Virus record (IMG/VR): IMGVR_UViG_3300042549_000858 | Coordinates: 918-64,917 of that record | DNA from: a virus | Lineage: Duplodnaviria; Caudoviricetes | Strand: one strand, 5' to 3' | Length of the DNA: 64,000 nt | In this document: piece after piece, positions 19,722-29,536 of the stretch | Position numbering within the stretch: position 1 is the stretch's first letter | Layout: every line of letters begins with the position of its first letter | The notes under the pieces: generated by a model | Database searches by the model: none | Seen by the model: the letters and a program-made list of their open reading frames with translations, nothing else | What the model was told of the DNA's origin: nothing | Translations under genes and position numbers: made by a program

Positions 19722-20606
19722 TTATGCAGTGTAAGTGCCTGATGTTGTAAAGGTGTGGATGGTATAGCCGTTGGCTGTTGTAATAGTTCCGCCTGTTCCA
19801 CGTTGTTGACCTTGATAGGCAACAATCACAATACCAGAGCCACCACTACCTACAGCGTTAGGAGAACCTCCTTGTCCGCCACCACCTCCGCCAGTATTTG
19901 CAGTGCCAGAAGTTGCATCCACAGTTATTGCAGTTTGTGCGCCCCCTTTTCCGCCTCCGCCTAAACCACCTAAACCACCTGCTGGACTATTTGCACCATT
20001 CCAATAACAACCTCCGCCACCGCCACCGCCATAAGCAGTTGGTGTACCAGAAATATCACTAACAATGCCATTACCACCATTACCACCTTGAGCCAAATTA
20101 GCGGCACCTGCCGAACTACCGTTACCCCCAGCACCGCCACCGCCACCGCCACTTCTAAAATTAACTCCGTCAGAACCGCCTTGTCCCCCATTGTTGCCTT
20201 GGCCTGCTGTTCCCGCACCCCCATATGTAGATTGATTTTGCCCGCTGTAAGACCCAGAACCTCCCCCAGACCCGCCAGACAAACCAATTATTAAGGTGCT
20301 TGAACCTGTATCAGAACCACCGCCCCCGCCACCACCAGTAGCAGTTAACGAACCAAACACAGAATTTTGCCCAGAACTTCCTTGTGTAGATGTACTTCCA
20401 GCGCCGCCACTTCCTATGGTTACTGTATATGCCGTTCCAGATGTCAGCGCATAAGCAGAATATTGAAGTACTCCGCCCCCACCACCTCCACCACCACCGT
20501 TATATCTTCCGCCACCGCCACCGCCAGCAACAATTAAAAGACGGGCTAAATACCCGCCAGTAATGCCAGTAGCGCCTAATACCGATACGTTTACTGCGTT
20601 TGTCAT
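19722..20606 (-). CDS. Glycine-rich tail adhesin-like protein (copy 1)
   Basis: LLIVAGGGGGG...ANTGGGGGG...GGSGIVIV...TIHTFTTSGTYTA. Confidence 0.8.
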   Translation of the reverse strand: MTNAVNVSVLGATGITGGYLARLLIVAGGGGGGRYNGGGGGGGGGVLQYSAYALTSGTAYTVTIGSGGAGSTSTQGSSGQNSVFGSLTATGGGGGGGSDTGSSTLIIGLSGGSGGGSGSYSGQNQSTYGGAGTAGQGNNGGQGGSDGVNFRSGGGGGGAGGNGSSAGAANLAQGGNGGNGIVSDISGTPTAYGGGGGGGCYWNGANSPAGGLGGLGGGGKGGAQTAITVDATSGTANTGGGGGGQGGSPNAVGSGGSGIVIVAYQGQQRGTGGTITTANGYTIHTFTTSGTYTA

Positions 20607-20767
20607 GCTAGTTGCTCCTCAGTTGGGCGTGGCAATGTCGGGTGTTCCCACTTGGCTATGTAATCGCCTTTGCCGTCAGAGTCGTTTTGTAGTGTGATTA
20701 CAGTCATAAAGTCATGGTCTGTAAGTTGTGGGTATAGGGTTTTAATTTTTTCTGGTAATGTCATCAT
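20603..20767 (-). CDS. XkdW-like small tail-fibre partner, 54 aa
   Basis: LYPQL...DF..I.LQNDSDGKGDYIAKWEHPTL.RPT; start re-placed at the ATG overlapping the upstream stop. Confidence 0.7.
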   Translation of the reverse strand: MMTLPEKIKTLYPQLTDHDFMTVITLQNDSDGKGDYIAKWEHPTLPRPTEEQLA

Positions 20768-21759
20768 GCGCTCCTTACCATTGATGCTTGAAAATAAGAA
20801 GCCAAAAGATTGCCTCCTCTTGTCCAAGCGTTTGCGCCAATTGCATATAGTTCAACATAATCCGTTGAACCATTAAAATAGACTAAAGTTGCTATTGATG
20901 CGCTTGGGCCAGAAGATGTATCTGATTTATAGTTTTGTCCGTATTTAAATGCGGAACCATTTTTATAAACAGCAACCAAAAAATATCCGCTAGCAGAATT
21001 AGCCGTACTTTCCGCACAGCCGTTTATTTGATAGTATCCCGCAACTGTTGGAGTAAATCGATAGTTTGTTGAAGCGTCATAATTGCTATTTGTGTCAAAT
21101 TCTTCAGTGTTATATTGCATTTTTGTCCAAGTGCCAGCACTAATGCTTTGAGTTGCATTTGGCCCCGCACTGAATGCTGGCCCATTACCCGCCACACCTG
21201 TACCCAACTTAGCCTGAGTAACAGAAGCATCAGTTAAATACGTAGAGTTAACAGCACCCGCAGTAGCAGGAATAGCATTCAACACCGAACTTACATAGAA
21301 GCTCTCTGTGACTACTGAATCGCCTGATGTACAGGCGTTGTTTAGAACTACTGTCGTTCCTGTAGTGGCTGTGTAGTCTGTAGATACAAGGCGTACTCCG
21401 TTTCTATACACATCAATGTAGCCAACGGTATAAGAAGGCACACTGAATGATGTCTGCCCCGCTGTCGCTGTGAAGTTCGTTACTGTTCTGTAGGCTGTAG
21501 TCGTTACTCCGCTGGCTGGGATGCCAAGGTATCTGACGCTGATGTTTGAAGTACCGCTTGGTGGCGCAGCAGAGAAGGTCAGGGTTGTGCCTGATACAGA
21601 ATAGGTTGATGGGTCTTGGAGTACACCAGTAACCGCTACGATGATTGAAGACGTGTTGGCAGGAGCCACCGTCATGGTGAACGCTGTTTGTGAGCCTGTC
21701 CCTGAGAACGTATCGGTCAGGAAGGCTATTGAGATGGGGCTATTGCCTATGTAACTCAT
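20764..21759 (-). CDS. Tail fibre protein with C1q/TNF-like C-terminal domain, 331 aa
   Basis: MSYIGNSP N-terminus, two short beta modules (FSGTGSQTAFT; FTATAGQTSF), and PAFSA...EEFDTN..YD...RFTPTVAGYYQIN...NGSTDYVELY tip. Confidence 0.75.
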   Translation of the reverse strand: MSYIGNSPISIAFLTDTFSGTGSQTAFTMTVAPANTSSIIVAVTGVLQDPSTYSVSGTTLTFSAAPPSGTSNISVRYLGIPASGVTTTAYRTVTNFTATAGQTSFSVPSYTVGYIDVYRNGVRLVSTDYTATTGTTVVLNNACTSGDSVVTESFYVSSVLNAIPATAGAVNSTYLTDASVTQAKLGTGVAGNGPAFSAGPNATQSISAGTWTKMQYNTEEFDTNSNYDASTNYRFTPTVAGYYQINGCAESTANSASGYFLVAVYKNGSAFKYGQNYKSDTSSGPSASIATLVYFNGSTDYVELYAIGANAWTRGGNLLASYFQASMVRSA

Positions 21760-22757
21760 GCTGTGTATGTCCCGCTTGATGTAAAGGTGTGGATGGTATT
21801 TCCACCGCTTGAAGTTACTGTTCCGCCTGTTCCGCGTTGTACTCCAGCGTAAGAAATAATTACAACTCCTGAACCGCCACTACCACCAGTTCTTCCATTA
21901 CCAGAACCACCGCCACCTCCTCCTGTATTAGCCGTTCCAGCCGTGCCATTTCCAGCATTATTTCCGCCAGCACCGCCACCACCTGTGCCACCAGCAGCGC
22001 CAGCAGCGCCTACATATGCGCCTCCACCACCGCCCCCAGCGTAATAAACAGATGAGCCAGAAATAGAATTTGCTGACCCAATACCACCTGCTGTCGGTGC
22101 AGCGCTAGATGCTGTGGCTGCTGCGGCTCCTGCGCCTCCACCACCGCCAACACCATACGGGCTTGATATAAATCCACCATTACCCCCGCCAGCATTACCC
22201 TGTCCAGAAGTTCCTGAACCGCCAGCATTTGTTGCTCCAGCGTCTGCGGCTGCTCCCCCACCAGAACCACCACTTAAACCGGGTTGAGTTGTTCCTCCAC
22301 CCGGACCTGTTGTTCCGCCACCGCCGCCACCAACTGCTCCCGTAGAACCGTTAACCAACGAGCCAAAAGTTGAATTCGTCCCGCTTGAACGCGTTCCGCT
22401 ATCACAAGCACTTCCAGTACCACCAGCCCCTACAGTAATCGTATATGCAGTTGAAGTGTTTACTGACGTAGTAGAAGATAAATATCCGCCAGCGCCCCCG
22501 CCCCCAGAGCAGCCTGCACCGCCGCCAGCAACAACAAGATAAGTTACGGTATAACTAGCAGCGCTAGAAAAAGCAATCCAAGAAGATGTTGTGCTGCTAT
22601 ACCACTCCAGTTGGTTTAGTGTGGTATTTAAACCGTATTGACCATTAGACGGAGAAGCGGGTCGCCCAGCAGTAGTCCAAGAAGCGGTAATATTTCCACT
22701 TGATGGTGAAGTTAACGGATTGGTTAACCCGTTTGTACCTATAGTGCTGATTGGCAT
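21756..22757 (-). CDS. Glycine-rich tail adhesin-like protein (copy 2)
   Basis: WTTAGRPASP..G..G.NTT...LEWY linker, YLVVAGGG...GGSGVVIISY...TIHTFTSSGTYTA. Confidence 0.8.
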   Translation of the reverse strand: MPISTIGTNGLTNPLTSPSSGNITASWTTAGRPASPSNGQYGLNTTLNQLEWYSSTTSSWIAFSSAASYTVTYLVVAGGGAGCSGGGGAGGYLSSTTSVNTSTAYTITVGAGGTGSACDSGTRSSGTNSTFGSLVNGSTGAVGGGGGGTTGPGGGTTQPGLSGGSGGGAAADAGATNAGGSGTSGQGNAGGGNGGFISSPYGVGGGGGAGAAAATASSAAPTAGGIGSANSISGSSVYYAGGGGGGAYVGAAGAAGGTGGGGAGGNNAGNGTAGTANTGGGGGGSGNGRTGGSGGSGVVIISYAGVQRGTGGTVTSSGGNTIHTFTSSGTYTA

Positions 22758-22758
22758 A

Positions 22759-23112
22759 TTAAGCCCTTGTTATTTCTTTCCAAGACGTAGTTGTCTCGTC
22801 CCACTCGTAGAACTTGTCGTCTGTTGGCATCGGTGTTGGTGCGCCCCATAGACAAGTCTCATCGTTCAATACCCAAGATGGATAAGGCTTTGGTGAGATG
22901 AATGCGTCTTTTGTGCGGTCGTATGAATAGCCAATACCAGCGTAGTTCTTACGCAGTGGAGTACCGCCATTACGATGCTGACCACCATATGTGTTGTACG
23001 AAGTCTGAATCCACTCACCGGGACTTGAGTCCACAAATGTTTGAAAGAACTCAGGTTCAGCAACGATAACTTGTGTAACGATGCCGTCTACTACTTTTGC
23101 AAAATGTGACAT
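22759..23112 (-). CDS. Partner protein of Gly-rich tail modules, 117 aa
   Basis: MSHFAKV...WIQTSYN...LRKNYAGIGY.YD...DAFI.PKPYPSW.L..TCLW.AP motif. Confidence 0.75.
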   Translation of the reverse strand: MSHFAKVVDGIVTQVIVAEPEFFQTFVDSSPGEWIQTSYNTYGGQHRNGGTPLRKNYAGIGYSYDRTKDAFISPKPYPSWVLNDETCLWGAPTPMPTDDKFYEWDETTTSWKEITRA

Positions 23113-23123
23113 GTGTTTTTCCT

Positions 23124-24326
23124 TTATGCTGTGTAAGTGCCAGAAGATGTGTAAGTCAAGATGGTATTACTACCAGAGGTTGTAACTGTTGGTGAGCCTG
23201 TTGTAGTGCTTGAGTAGTTTGCTGTTGGAATGGACAAAATGACCACGCCAGAACCACCTGCACCACCAGCCCTGTTAGAAACGTCTGCTTGAATAGAACC
23301 GCCTCCACCTCCACCTCCAGTATTAGCAGTTCCAGCAGTTCCACTATTGTCAGTACCGCCTGTTCCACCACCACCTCCACCACCTGAGCCGCCAGAGCCA
23401 GCAGTTCCACCGTTATATGTTCCACCACCACCGCCACCAGAATAGGTTACAGAAGAACCCGTAATTGAAGAAGCAGTACCAGCACCGCCAGCACCACCAG
23501 TAGTTGTTGTTCCCGCCGTTCCTACAGCAGATGCACCGCCGCCGCCACCTCCACCATAGTTAGGCCCCGTGCTTGCACCACTTCCACCAGCACTTCCTTG
23601 TCCAGATGTTCCTGCACCGCCGGAGCCACCAGAGCCACCACCACCAGAACCTCCTGCTATACCAGACCCATTACCATCTCCAGCCGCACCGCCTCCACCT
23701 GTTGCAGTAATAGAGTTAAATACTGAGTTACTGCCGCTCGTTCCAACTACACCGCCACCACCTGTTCCAACTCCTCCAGCACCGCCAGAACCAACTGTGA
23801 TGGTATAACTTGTTCCTTTTAGTAAAGTCGATGTGTTAGTTAGTAAACCGCCAGCACCGCCACCGCCGCCTCGTCTACCACCGCCACCGCCACCGCCAGC
23901 AACTATTAAATAACTAACGGCATAGATAGGCGCTGTTGTCCAAGTAGGAGCGGAGCCAGAACCAGCAGAAGTTAAATATTGTCCAGATGTACCAGCAGAA
24001 CCAGTAAGAGTTAAACCCGTAGTTATGTTTGGCGATACTAGTACAGCGCCTTGGCTTGGAGCCATTACCTGAGTTATCGGGCTTGTGTAATAAACATAAA
24101 TGTTGTTAGTGCCGCTCAACGGAGCAGAAGTAAATGTGATGGTGTTGCTGCTTACTGTGTATGCTGAACTGGGATTCTGGGCTACGTTATCAATCGTAAC
24201 TTGGACTTGAGCCACAGATGCGACTGGGCGAGACAGCGTGAATGCCGTGGTTGACCCGTTACCACTGAAATAATCAATGGCTGGTGTGAAAGCCTGCGTG
24301 GTGTTGGTGTTTCCTATGAAAGCCAT
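23124..24326 (-). CDS. Glycine-rich tail adhesin-like protein (copy 3), 400 aa
   Basis: MAFIGN N-terminus with FSGNGSTTAFTLS module, YLIVAGGGGGG...GGSGVVILS...SSGTYTA. Confidence 0.8.
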   Translation of the reverse strand: MAFIGNTNTTQAFTPAIDYFSGNGSTTAFTLSRPVASVAQVQVTIDNVAQNPSSAYTVSSNTITFTSAPLSGTNNIYVYYTSPITQVMAPSQGAVLVSPNITTGLTLTGSAGTSGQYLTSAGSGSAPTWTTAPIYAVSYLIVAGGGGGGGRRGGGGGAGGLLTNTSTLLKGTSYTITVGSGGAGGVGTGGGGVVGTSGSNSVFNSITATGGGGAAGDGNGSGIAGGSGGGGSGGSGGAGTSGQGSAGGSGASTGPNYGGGGGGGASAVGTAGTTTTGGAGGAGTASSITGSSVTYSGGGGGGTYNGGTAGSGGSGGGGGGGTGGTDNSGTAGTANTGGGGGGGSIQADVSNRAGGAGGSGVVILSIPTANYSSTTTGSPTVTTSGSNTILTYTSSGTYTA

Positions 24327-24327
24327 G

Positions 24328-24654
24328 TTATGCCGCCAATAAGACAGAGACCACTACATCAGCCGATGTTGCCGCGCTTGATACAACCTTCAGCGCATCA
24401 GACGCAATCAGCACAATCCTGTTACCTTGAATCACCTCTAGCGAACCACCCACGGGGACAGTAGCAGTCTTAACCAAGTAGTAGTCCACCGCAGAACGGG
24501 TGAAGTACACATCACAGGTGATAGGGGAAGTTGTTGTGTTAGCCACCACCAGACTGGCTACAGCCGCCGTAGTAGCAGAAGCCACTGTCGTTAGGGTAGA
24601 AGCAGATGTGCCAACATTCTTGGCTACGTAGGAGGTATTGGTATAAGTTGCCAT
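24328..24654 (-). CDS. Small virion structural protein, 108 aa
   Basis: Beta-rich, V.NTT...V.V...YYLVK.A.VP.GGSL; lies in the tail gene cluster. Confidence 0.7.
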   Translation of the reverse strand: MATYTNTSYVAKNVGTSASTLTTVASATTAAVASLVVANTTTSPITCDVYFTRSAVDYYLVKTATVPVGGSLEVIQGNRIVLIASDALKVVSSAATSADVVVSVLLAA

Positions 24655-24655
24655 A

Positions 24656-25699
24656 TCAGCCCATCATAAAAGAGAGAAAGTACGCTTGGTCTGCTGTAGC
24701 CGCATTGTTAACAGCCCATGTTGGAGTCGTACCATTTGAAGTTAATATGTATGTGTTAGCGCCGATGCCCAACTTAGACAACGCAGTGCCAGAAACGTAG
24801 TAAACCATGTCACCAGCGGTATAACTTGTCAGACCTGTACCGCCATAGTTACTAGCAATAGTCCCGCCTTGCCATGTACCGTTACTGATGACCGTAGTGC
24901 CAAGGTTAAGAGCGTTAGTGCCCCAAGTCACATTCTCAGGAAGAAACCCGTGTACGTCCCATGTACCTGCAACCGTGCCGTTGGACAGCAATACAAGTTC
25001 AGCCGCACCACCAGATGTAATCGTTCCAATAGCGCCAGTGGCGTAGTCTTGGAGAGTCAGTGTTCCAGTTGCGTTGTTGTTGAACACAAACGCCACACCT
25101 GTAGTCAGGGTAGTCGCATCGGGCATCGTATAGGTCTGGTTGCCCGTGCCGTTCAATGTCTGTGAGTAACTAGATGCCGCTGTCAGGGCTGTTGTACCGC
25201 CTGCCGCTGATACCGCTGTGTTGGATTGGTTTAAACGGTTTACTGCTACGTTCTGGTTGGCATCTCTCAGCATTACCGAGTTAGCACCACTTGACGAAGT
25301 CACGCCTGTGCCACCATAAGCCACGCCTACAGTTGTACCTTGCCAAGTACCAGAAGACACAGTACCCAACGCACTTACGTTATCAGATGCGTCTAGGTTT
25401 ACAGACTTCTCAGATGGATAGGTTACAAAGACATTGACTGTGCCACTGAATGTGACCGCTGTTCCAGAGTTACTGGAAGACAGAATGGTTGTTCGTGTAA
25501 GAGTCGGGCCAGTAGTTGAGTAAGTGCCAACACCAACTTCCCAGTTGCCAGTAGCATCAAAGGAAGAGTAGTACGTCGTATTCCCGTTGCCAACGACAGC
25601 AAAGGTTTGAAAGCCCGTGACAGAGCCCGATAAGGTAAAACTTACCGTGGTGTTGGCTGTGCCAGTCTGTTGTACCCGGTCATTAAGGGCTAGAGCCAT
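24656..25699 (-). CDS. Tail fibre protein, 347 aa
   Basis: MALALNDRV...WEVGVGTY...VFVTYP anchor and two GTWQG...YGGTG repeats; strong RBS AAGGAG. Confidence 0.8.
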   Translation of the reverse strand: MALALNDRVQQTGTANTTVSFTLSGSVTGFQTFAVVGNGNTTYYSSFDATGNWEVGVGTYSTTGPTLTRTTILSSSNSGTAVTFSGTVNVFVTYPSEKSVNLDASDNVSALGTVSSGTWQGTTVGVAYGGTGVTSSSGANSVMLRDANQNVAVNRLNQSNTAVSAAGGTTALTAASSYSQTLNGTGNQTYTMPDATTLTTGVAFVFNNNATGTLTLQDYATGAIGTITSGGAAELVLLSNGTVAGTWDVHGFLPENVTWGTNALNLGTTVISNGTWQGGTIASNYGGTGLTSYTAGDMVYYVSGTALSKLGIGANTYILTSNGTTPTWAVNNAATADQAYFLSFMMG

Positions 25700-25709
25700 T
25701 TAAGACTCC

Positions 25710-26309
25710 TTAAGAAGTCGCAGTAGTCGAATAGGTAACAGTTACGGTATCGCCAGAAGTAACAGTCTTGGCAGTGCTGAAGTTGCCTTCTGAGTACAAA
25801 GTACCCGCAGTGCTAGAGATTGTGCTGACTGCGCCAGTACCTGTCACCAAGAAACATCCATACACAGTAGCAGAACCTGTCATTGTGTAGGTGATAGCCG
25901 TAGCTGTTGACGTAGTGACGTTTGATGGAGTCGTGCCAGATGAACTAGCCGCTGCAAATACTGCCGTACCGCGAACTGCTGAACCGCCCACAGTGTAGGT
26001 AGTCAACTCAGTCCATGTCTTAGAAGTCATGGTGTCTGCGGCTGCATACGTGGTGCTGTTGTTAATCAGACCTAAGAATGGGCCAACTGTGGTGTATGTA
26101 CCAGATGTGCGGAGCAGTGTGTTTAGCAACAACTCTTTACCAACGGCTACGACCAAGTTAGGAAACTCATCTTCCCACTTGAGGTTGCCTTCAGCGTCGC
26201 GGCAGACAACATGGTACTGACCATCAATGCCCATACCTTCTGGGATGGATGCGTTTGCTTGCAGTGTGGCTACGGCGTTATCGCCAAAACCGGATTGTTC
26301 TTTGTGCAT
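25710..26309 (-). CDS. Virion structural protein, 199 aa
   Basis: G.Y.V.CRD..GNLKW....NLVV..G pattern, Thr/Ser-rich beta protein; RBS GGAG. Confidence 0.7.
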   Translation of the reverse strand: MHKEQSGFGDNAVATLQANASIPEGMGIDGQYHVVCRDAEGNLKWEDEFPNLVVAVGKELLLNTLLRTSGTYTTVGPFLGLINNSTTYAAADTMTSKTWTELTTYTVGGSAVRGTAVFAAASSSGTTPSNVTTSTATAITYTMTGSATVYGCFLVTGTGAVSTISSTAGTLYSEGNFSTAKTVTSGDTVTVTYSTTATS

Positions 26310-26317
26310 ATGTGCTC

Positions 26318-26755
26318 CTATGAGAGTCGGATGATTGCAGACGTATTAGTGACTGCTGGGAATTGTACGGTGAATGTGTTAGTTGAGGTCTTATCTGAAC
26401 CAAAATCTAGTACACAAACCGCTGGGTTAGTCGTGCCATTTGCCAAGTAAATCAACGCACCTCTTGCAGTGATTGCGCCAGTCCATGCTGCGTTTGTAAA
26501 AGATATATAGGCTGTAGAACCAGAGTTACCAGTAGTTGGAACTTGGGAGATAGCCAGAACCTGTCCACCTGCCGCGTAGTTACCACCAGATGCTTCACCC
26601 GTGCTTGTGTAAGCAGTTGTGTCTTGGTTTAGTGTGGCTGCGTTGGTATACAGAGCAATCTTGAAAGTCTGAGTTGTACCCGTACCAAAATCAAACGTGC
26701 CATCAAGCAAGCCAACTAAGAACGTATTGGTTGTCCAGTTACCTGTGAACGCCAT
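26318..26755 (-). CDS. Virion structural protein, 145 aa
   Basis: FKIALYT..A.L...TT.Y...ITARGALIY...AVCVLDFG.DKT motif. Confidence 0.75.
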   Translation of the reverse strand: MAFTGNWTTNTFLVGLLDGTFDFGTGTTQTFKIALYTNAATLNQDTTAYTSTGEASGGNYAAGGQVLAISQVPTTGNSGSTAYISFTNAAWTGAITARGALIYLANGTTNPAVCVLDFGSDKTSTNTFTVQFPAVTNTSAIIRLS

Positions 26756-27480
26756 TATCTAATCCCCGTATTTTGTGGTAGGGGTGCTTCACGGTATTGC
26801 CCAGAGCGATAAGCATCGCTACGCTCCAGACCATCACCAAGGCGTTTAGCCAAACCAAGCGCTTCTTTGTACTTGAGTTCATAAAACGCCATAATGTCTG
26901 CCTCGCCCTTCATGTAGGTATACGCCTCAACTAGCGAGCCATACAAAAGGACTGTGTCAAAGTTATCGCCCAGCCAAGTCTGACCAGAGGCCGTGACGGT
27001 AATTGACTCTGGGTAATAGTAATAATGCAACTCTACAGAGTAAGACGCATCTGGTGTTGGGCCAACAATGAATGAGAGTTCATTGGTAATTGTGCTGGTG
27101 TTAACAGTTGGACCAAACAACGCGTAGTATTTTGGGATACCTGTATCCGAAGTTGGGTTTGGATACGCCTGACGGATGAAGTTCACATCCTTGTTTAGTA
27201 AATACTCATACGCGCCAGTAGCATCAATCACAGCCAAAGAATAAGTAGACAAGAAGTCTGTAGGGCAAGACAAATACTTATTAGCAGATGTAACAGACCC
27301 CGTCACGTTCTTACGCAACGACGGAAACTGAACAGAGTTGTATATACGCTGTTCAGCCTGAGTAATAAAGCGATTGATCTGAGTCGTTGAAGACACAGTA
27401 CTCCCATCCGCCAAAGTGGTAGACGGAAACGTATTTTCTGTATACGTTTGAATCGCTGTTATTAGTTCCGTGTAGGTCAC
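26755..27480 (-). CDS. Head-tail adaptor / tail tubular protein A-like
   Basis: GTG start overlapping the upstream TGA (MTYTELITAIQ); FI.QAEQRI, G.PKYYA, GPTPD..Y.VELHY, LLYGSL.EAY motifs. Confidence 0.75.
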   Translation of the reverse strand: MTYTELITAIQTYTENTFPSTTLADGSTVSSTTQINRFITQAEQRIYNSVQFPSLRKNVTGSVTSANKYLSCPTDFLSTYSLAVIDATGAYEYLLNKDVNFIRQAYPNPTSDTGIPKYYALFGPTVNTSTITNELSFIVGPTPDASYSVELHYYYYPESITVTASGQTWLGDNFDTVLLYGSLVEAYTYMKGEADIMAFYELKYKEALGLAKRLGDGLERSDAYRSGQYREAPLPQNTGIR

Positions 27481-27737
27481 GCCATCGGTCCTCTGCACAT
27501 AACGCCCTTAGTAGCCGCGCCAGCACCACGCATCTTGATGCCGGTAGTTTTGACGTTATCAGCGGCTGGATCACCAGCGCTTACTCGTTGTGCAACTGTG
27601 TATGGGTTTACACTTTTAGCAGACAAAGTATTTGGGTCTACAACGTTTGCTTTTTTATTAGCTTCGCCATGTGGCTGGGCGTAGAAGGCACCATCACCAA
27701 CTTCTTTACCCATTATTTTTTTACTAAAAGTAGCCAT
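27477..27737 (-). CDS. Small basic late protein, 86 aa
   Basis: C-terminal KTTGIKMRGAGAATKG..RGPMA; translationally coupled to its neighbours. Confidence 0.7.
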   Translation of the reverse strand: MATFSKKIMGKEVGDGAFYAQPHGEANKKANVVDPNTLSAKSVNPYTVAQRVSAGDPAADNVKTTGIKMRGAGAATKGVMCRGPMA

Positions 27738-27916
27738 TATTTGCCCCTTTGGTTTGCAACGCGAGCCATGTTACGCCCCATAGACTTCATCATGTCGGTT
27801 GTTACACCACCCTTTTTGAGCTTAGTCATAGGCTTGCCGGGATGCAGTTTCTTTTCGTGCTTGTGCACAGCACCTGCGATCATTTTCTTATCCTGTTTTA
27901 AGTCTTTCTTGTCCAT
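27737..27916 (-). CDS. Small basic late protein, 59 aa (not in ORF track)
   Basis: MDKKDLKQDKKMIAGAVHKHEKKLHPGKPMTKLKKGGVTT...GRNMARVANQRGK; RBS AGGAG. Confidence 0.75.
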   Translation of the reverse strand: MDKKDLKQDKKMIAGAVHKHEKKLHPGKPMTKLKKGGVTTDMMKSMGRNMARVANQRGK

Positions 27917-27925
27917 CTTTAGCTC

Positions 27926-28354
27926 CTAAGTTACGCTAACCGTTACTGTACCTAATTGCACCACTAAAGCCAAGTCATTTGGCGTCAATGACGCATCAAA
28001 ACTACTCGACCCACCTACTGGTGCCCAACCCCATTGGAAGATTCGGCTACCACCTTCATTTGTTCCTGTGCCACTTTGTGTAGTGCCACCGTTCACATTC
28101 GTCTGCAACCCGCTGTTTCCAGACAAAACATAACTCCTGTCAGGGCGTGGATTTCTCAACGCCTGTGGGTCGTCCACGGGGAACATACCCAACTGCAACT
28201 GTGGATGGTCTGGGTCCCAACACTCTGGGCACACCAACAAGTTGTAGTTCTTTAACTTGATAATCTCAGTCTTCAAAACCTTCAACTTGAACCGCTGACC
28301 ACAGCGGTCACACTCCGAAATCGCATATTTGCCAGAAGCAAAACGATTACCCAT
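27926..28354 (-). CDS. Zinc-binding (2x CxxC) late protein, 142 aa
   Basis: ECDRCG and VCPECWDPDHPQL motifs, DPQALRNPRPD. Confidence 0.75.
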   Translation of the reverse strand: MGNRFASGKYAISECDRCGQRFKLKVLKTEIIKLKNYNLLVCPECWDPDHPQLQLGMFPVDDPQALRNPRPDRSYVLSGNSGLQTNVNGGTTQSGTGTNEGGSRIFQWGWAPVGGSSSFDASLTPNDLALVVQLGTVTVSVT

Positions 28355-28356
28355 GA

Positions 28357-29301
28357 CTACCTCCCGATGTAGGTCTGTCTAGGAACCAAACGTAATGCTG
28401 CCTTCTCATGATCTTCGTACGCGGCAAGTTCCCAAGCCTCGTCATACTGCGCCTTTAACATGCCAATTCGCTCCATACCCTGTGGTACTTTGCCAGCGAT
28501 ATAGTACGACAGCCCAGCCGCCATACAAGGAATAAATCTAAACGGCACGTCCATAATGTTCACACCACCACCAGCATCCTGAGTGCGGCGTAGACGCCAA
28601 TACACAAATGTGTATGCTTGCGAGTTATCAGGAGTAGGCCAAACAGTTATGGCTGGAACTTGTTGCCAGTACACAGTAGCCGCAGCCGTATGAGCCGCCG
28701 CAATAGTGTTTTGCTGACCACGGAAACAGTTGTACAAAGTACCGCTAATAGCGTTTGTGTTCTGGATGATGTATCCGTAATTGATAATCTCGTTATCAAT
28801 CTTGATAAAGCCTGATGCGGGTAAACCCGTAACATCACTCAGCACGATCGTGTCTGATGTACTTGTGATGGTTGTAGTCAGCGTAGATGTTATAGGCGAA
28901 GTCTGCCCGTTGTAGCGCTGAATCCAAACCTGAATAGGTCTGGCTTGGGTTAACTTGTTTGGGATCGTTGCGTAAGTAGAAACACTAATACGCGTGATTG
29001 TCAGGTCGGCTTGGTTGGTTGTGTTGTTTGCGTCTGTACGAATCAAATGCTCAAGCAAGTCAATCGTATCGTTTGGCAGGGCGTAGGTGTTCTGACCGGG
29101 AACTAGAGTGATAGACCCCGGCTCAATAGTCCACATATTGATACCACGGTTTGCCCAATCAGCAAACATGATGTTGAGACTACGACGTGCAGTGCGCAGG
29201 TCATATCCAGTGCGCAGTTCACTACCGGCGCGTTCAAACGCCTCCTCGACCAACTCAGTGAGGTCGAGGTTAAAGCCTACTGCGCCTGACGTATTTGCCA
29301 T
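28357..29301 (-). CDS. Head-tail connector (gp11-like adaptor) with an inserted beta domain, 314 aa
   Basis: EEAFERAG..LRTGYDLRTARRSLN...WANRG.N.W, WPTPD, P.RF.P...AGL.YY; the inserted segment TSTLTTTI...RGQQNT.AAAH interrupts the core. Confidence 0.75.
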   Translation of the reverse strand: MANTSGAVGFNLDLTELVEEAFERAGSELRTGYDLRTARRSLNIMFADWANRGINMWTIEPGSITLVPGQNTYALPNDTIDLLEHLIRTDANNTTNQADLTITRISVSTYATIPNKLTQARPIQVWIQRYNGQTSPITSTLTTTITSTSDTIVLSDVTGLPASGFIKIDNEIINYGYIIQNTNAISGTLYNCFRGQQNTIAAAHTAAATVYWQQVPAITVWPTPDNSQAYTFVYWRLRRTQDAGGGVNIMDVPFRFIPCMAAGLSYYIAGKVPQGMERIGMLKAQYDEAWELAAYEDHEKAALRLVPRQTYIGR

Positions 29302-29528
29302 TACTTGGCTTTCTTCTTACGAGTTGAGGTTTCTTCGGCAAAGTGTGCTTCAATTTCCGCTTCAGTAGGCTCAACAATAGGAGCAGGTAATTGAGCAGCA
29401 ACCTTAGCGACCAAGGCTTCTAATGTAGGGTCTGTAGCACCATACAGCGTATGGTATTCATTTGCTTTAGAACGAAGAGCATCAAGAACGATTGCGTCTT
29501 CTTCGGTGGTTAGGGTGAATTGAGACAT
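29301..29528 (-). CDS. Hypothetical protein, 75 aa
   Basis: RBS AAGGA, coupled to the next gene. Confidence 0.6.
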   Translation of the reverse strand: MSQFTLTTEEDAIVLDALRSKANEYHTLYGATDPTLEALVAKVAAQLPAPIVEPTEAEIEAHFAEETSTRKKKAK

Positions 29529-29536
29529 AGTTTTCC

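Noticed and set aside
19722-24326. Diversity-generating retroelement or invertible tail cassette
   Set aside because: No reverse transcriptase or invertase, all genes are co-oriented, and I saw no adenine-specific TR/VR pair.
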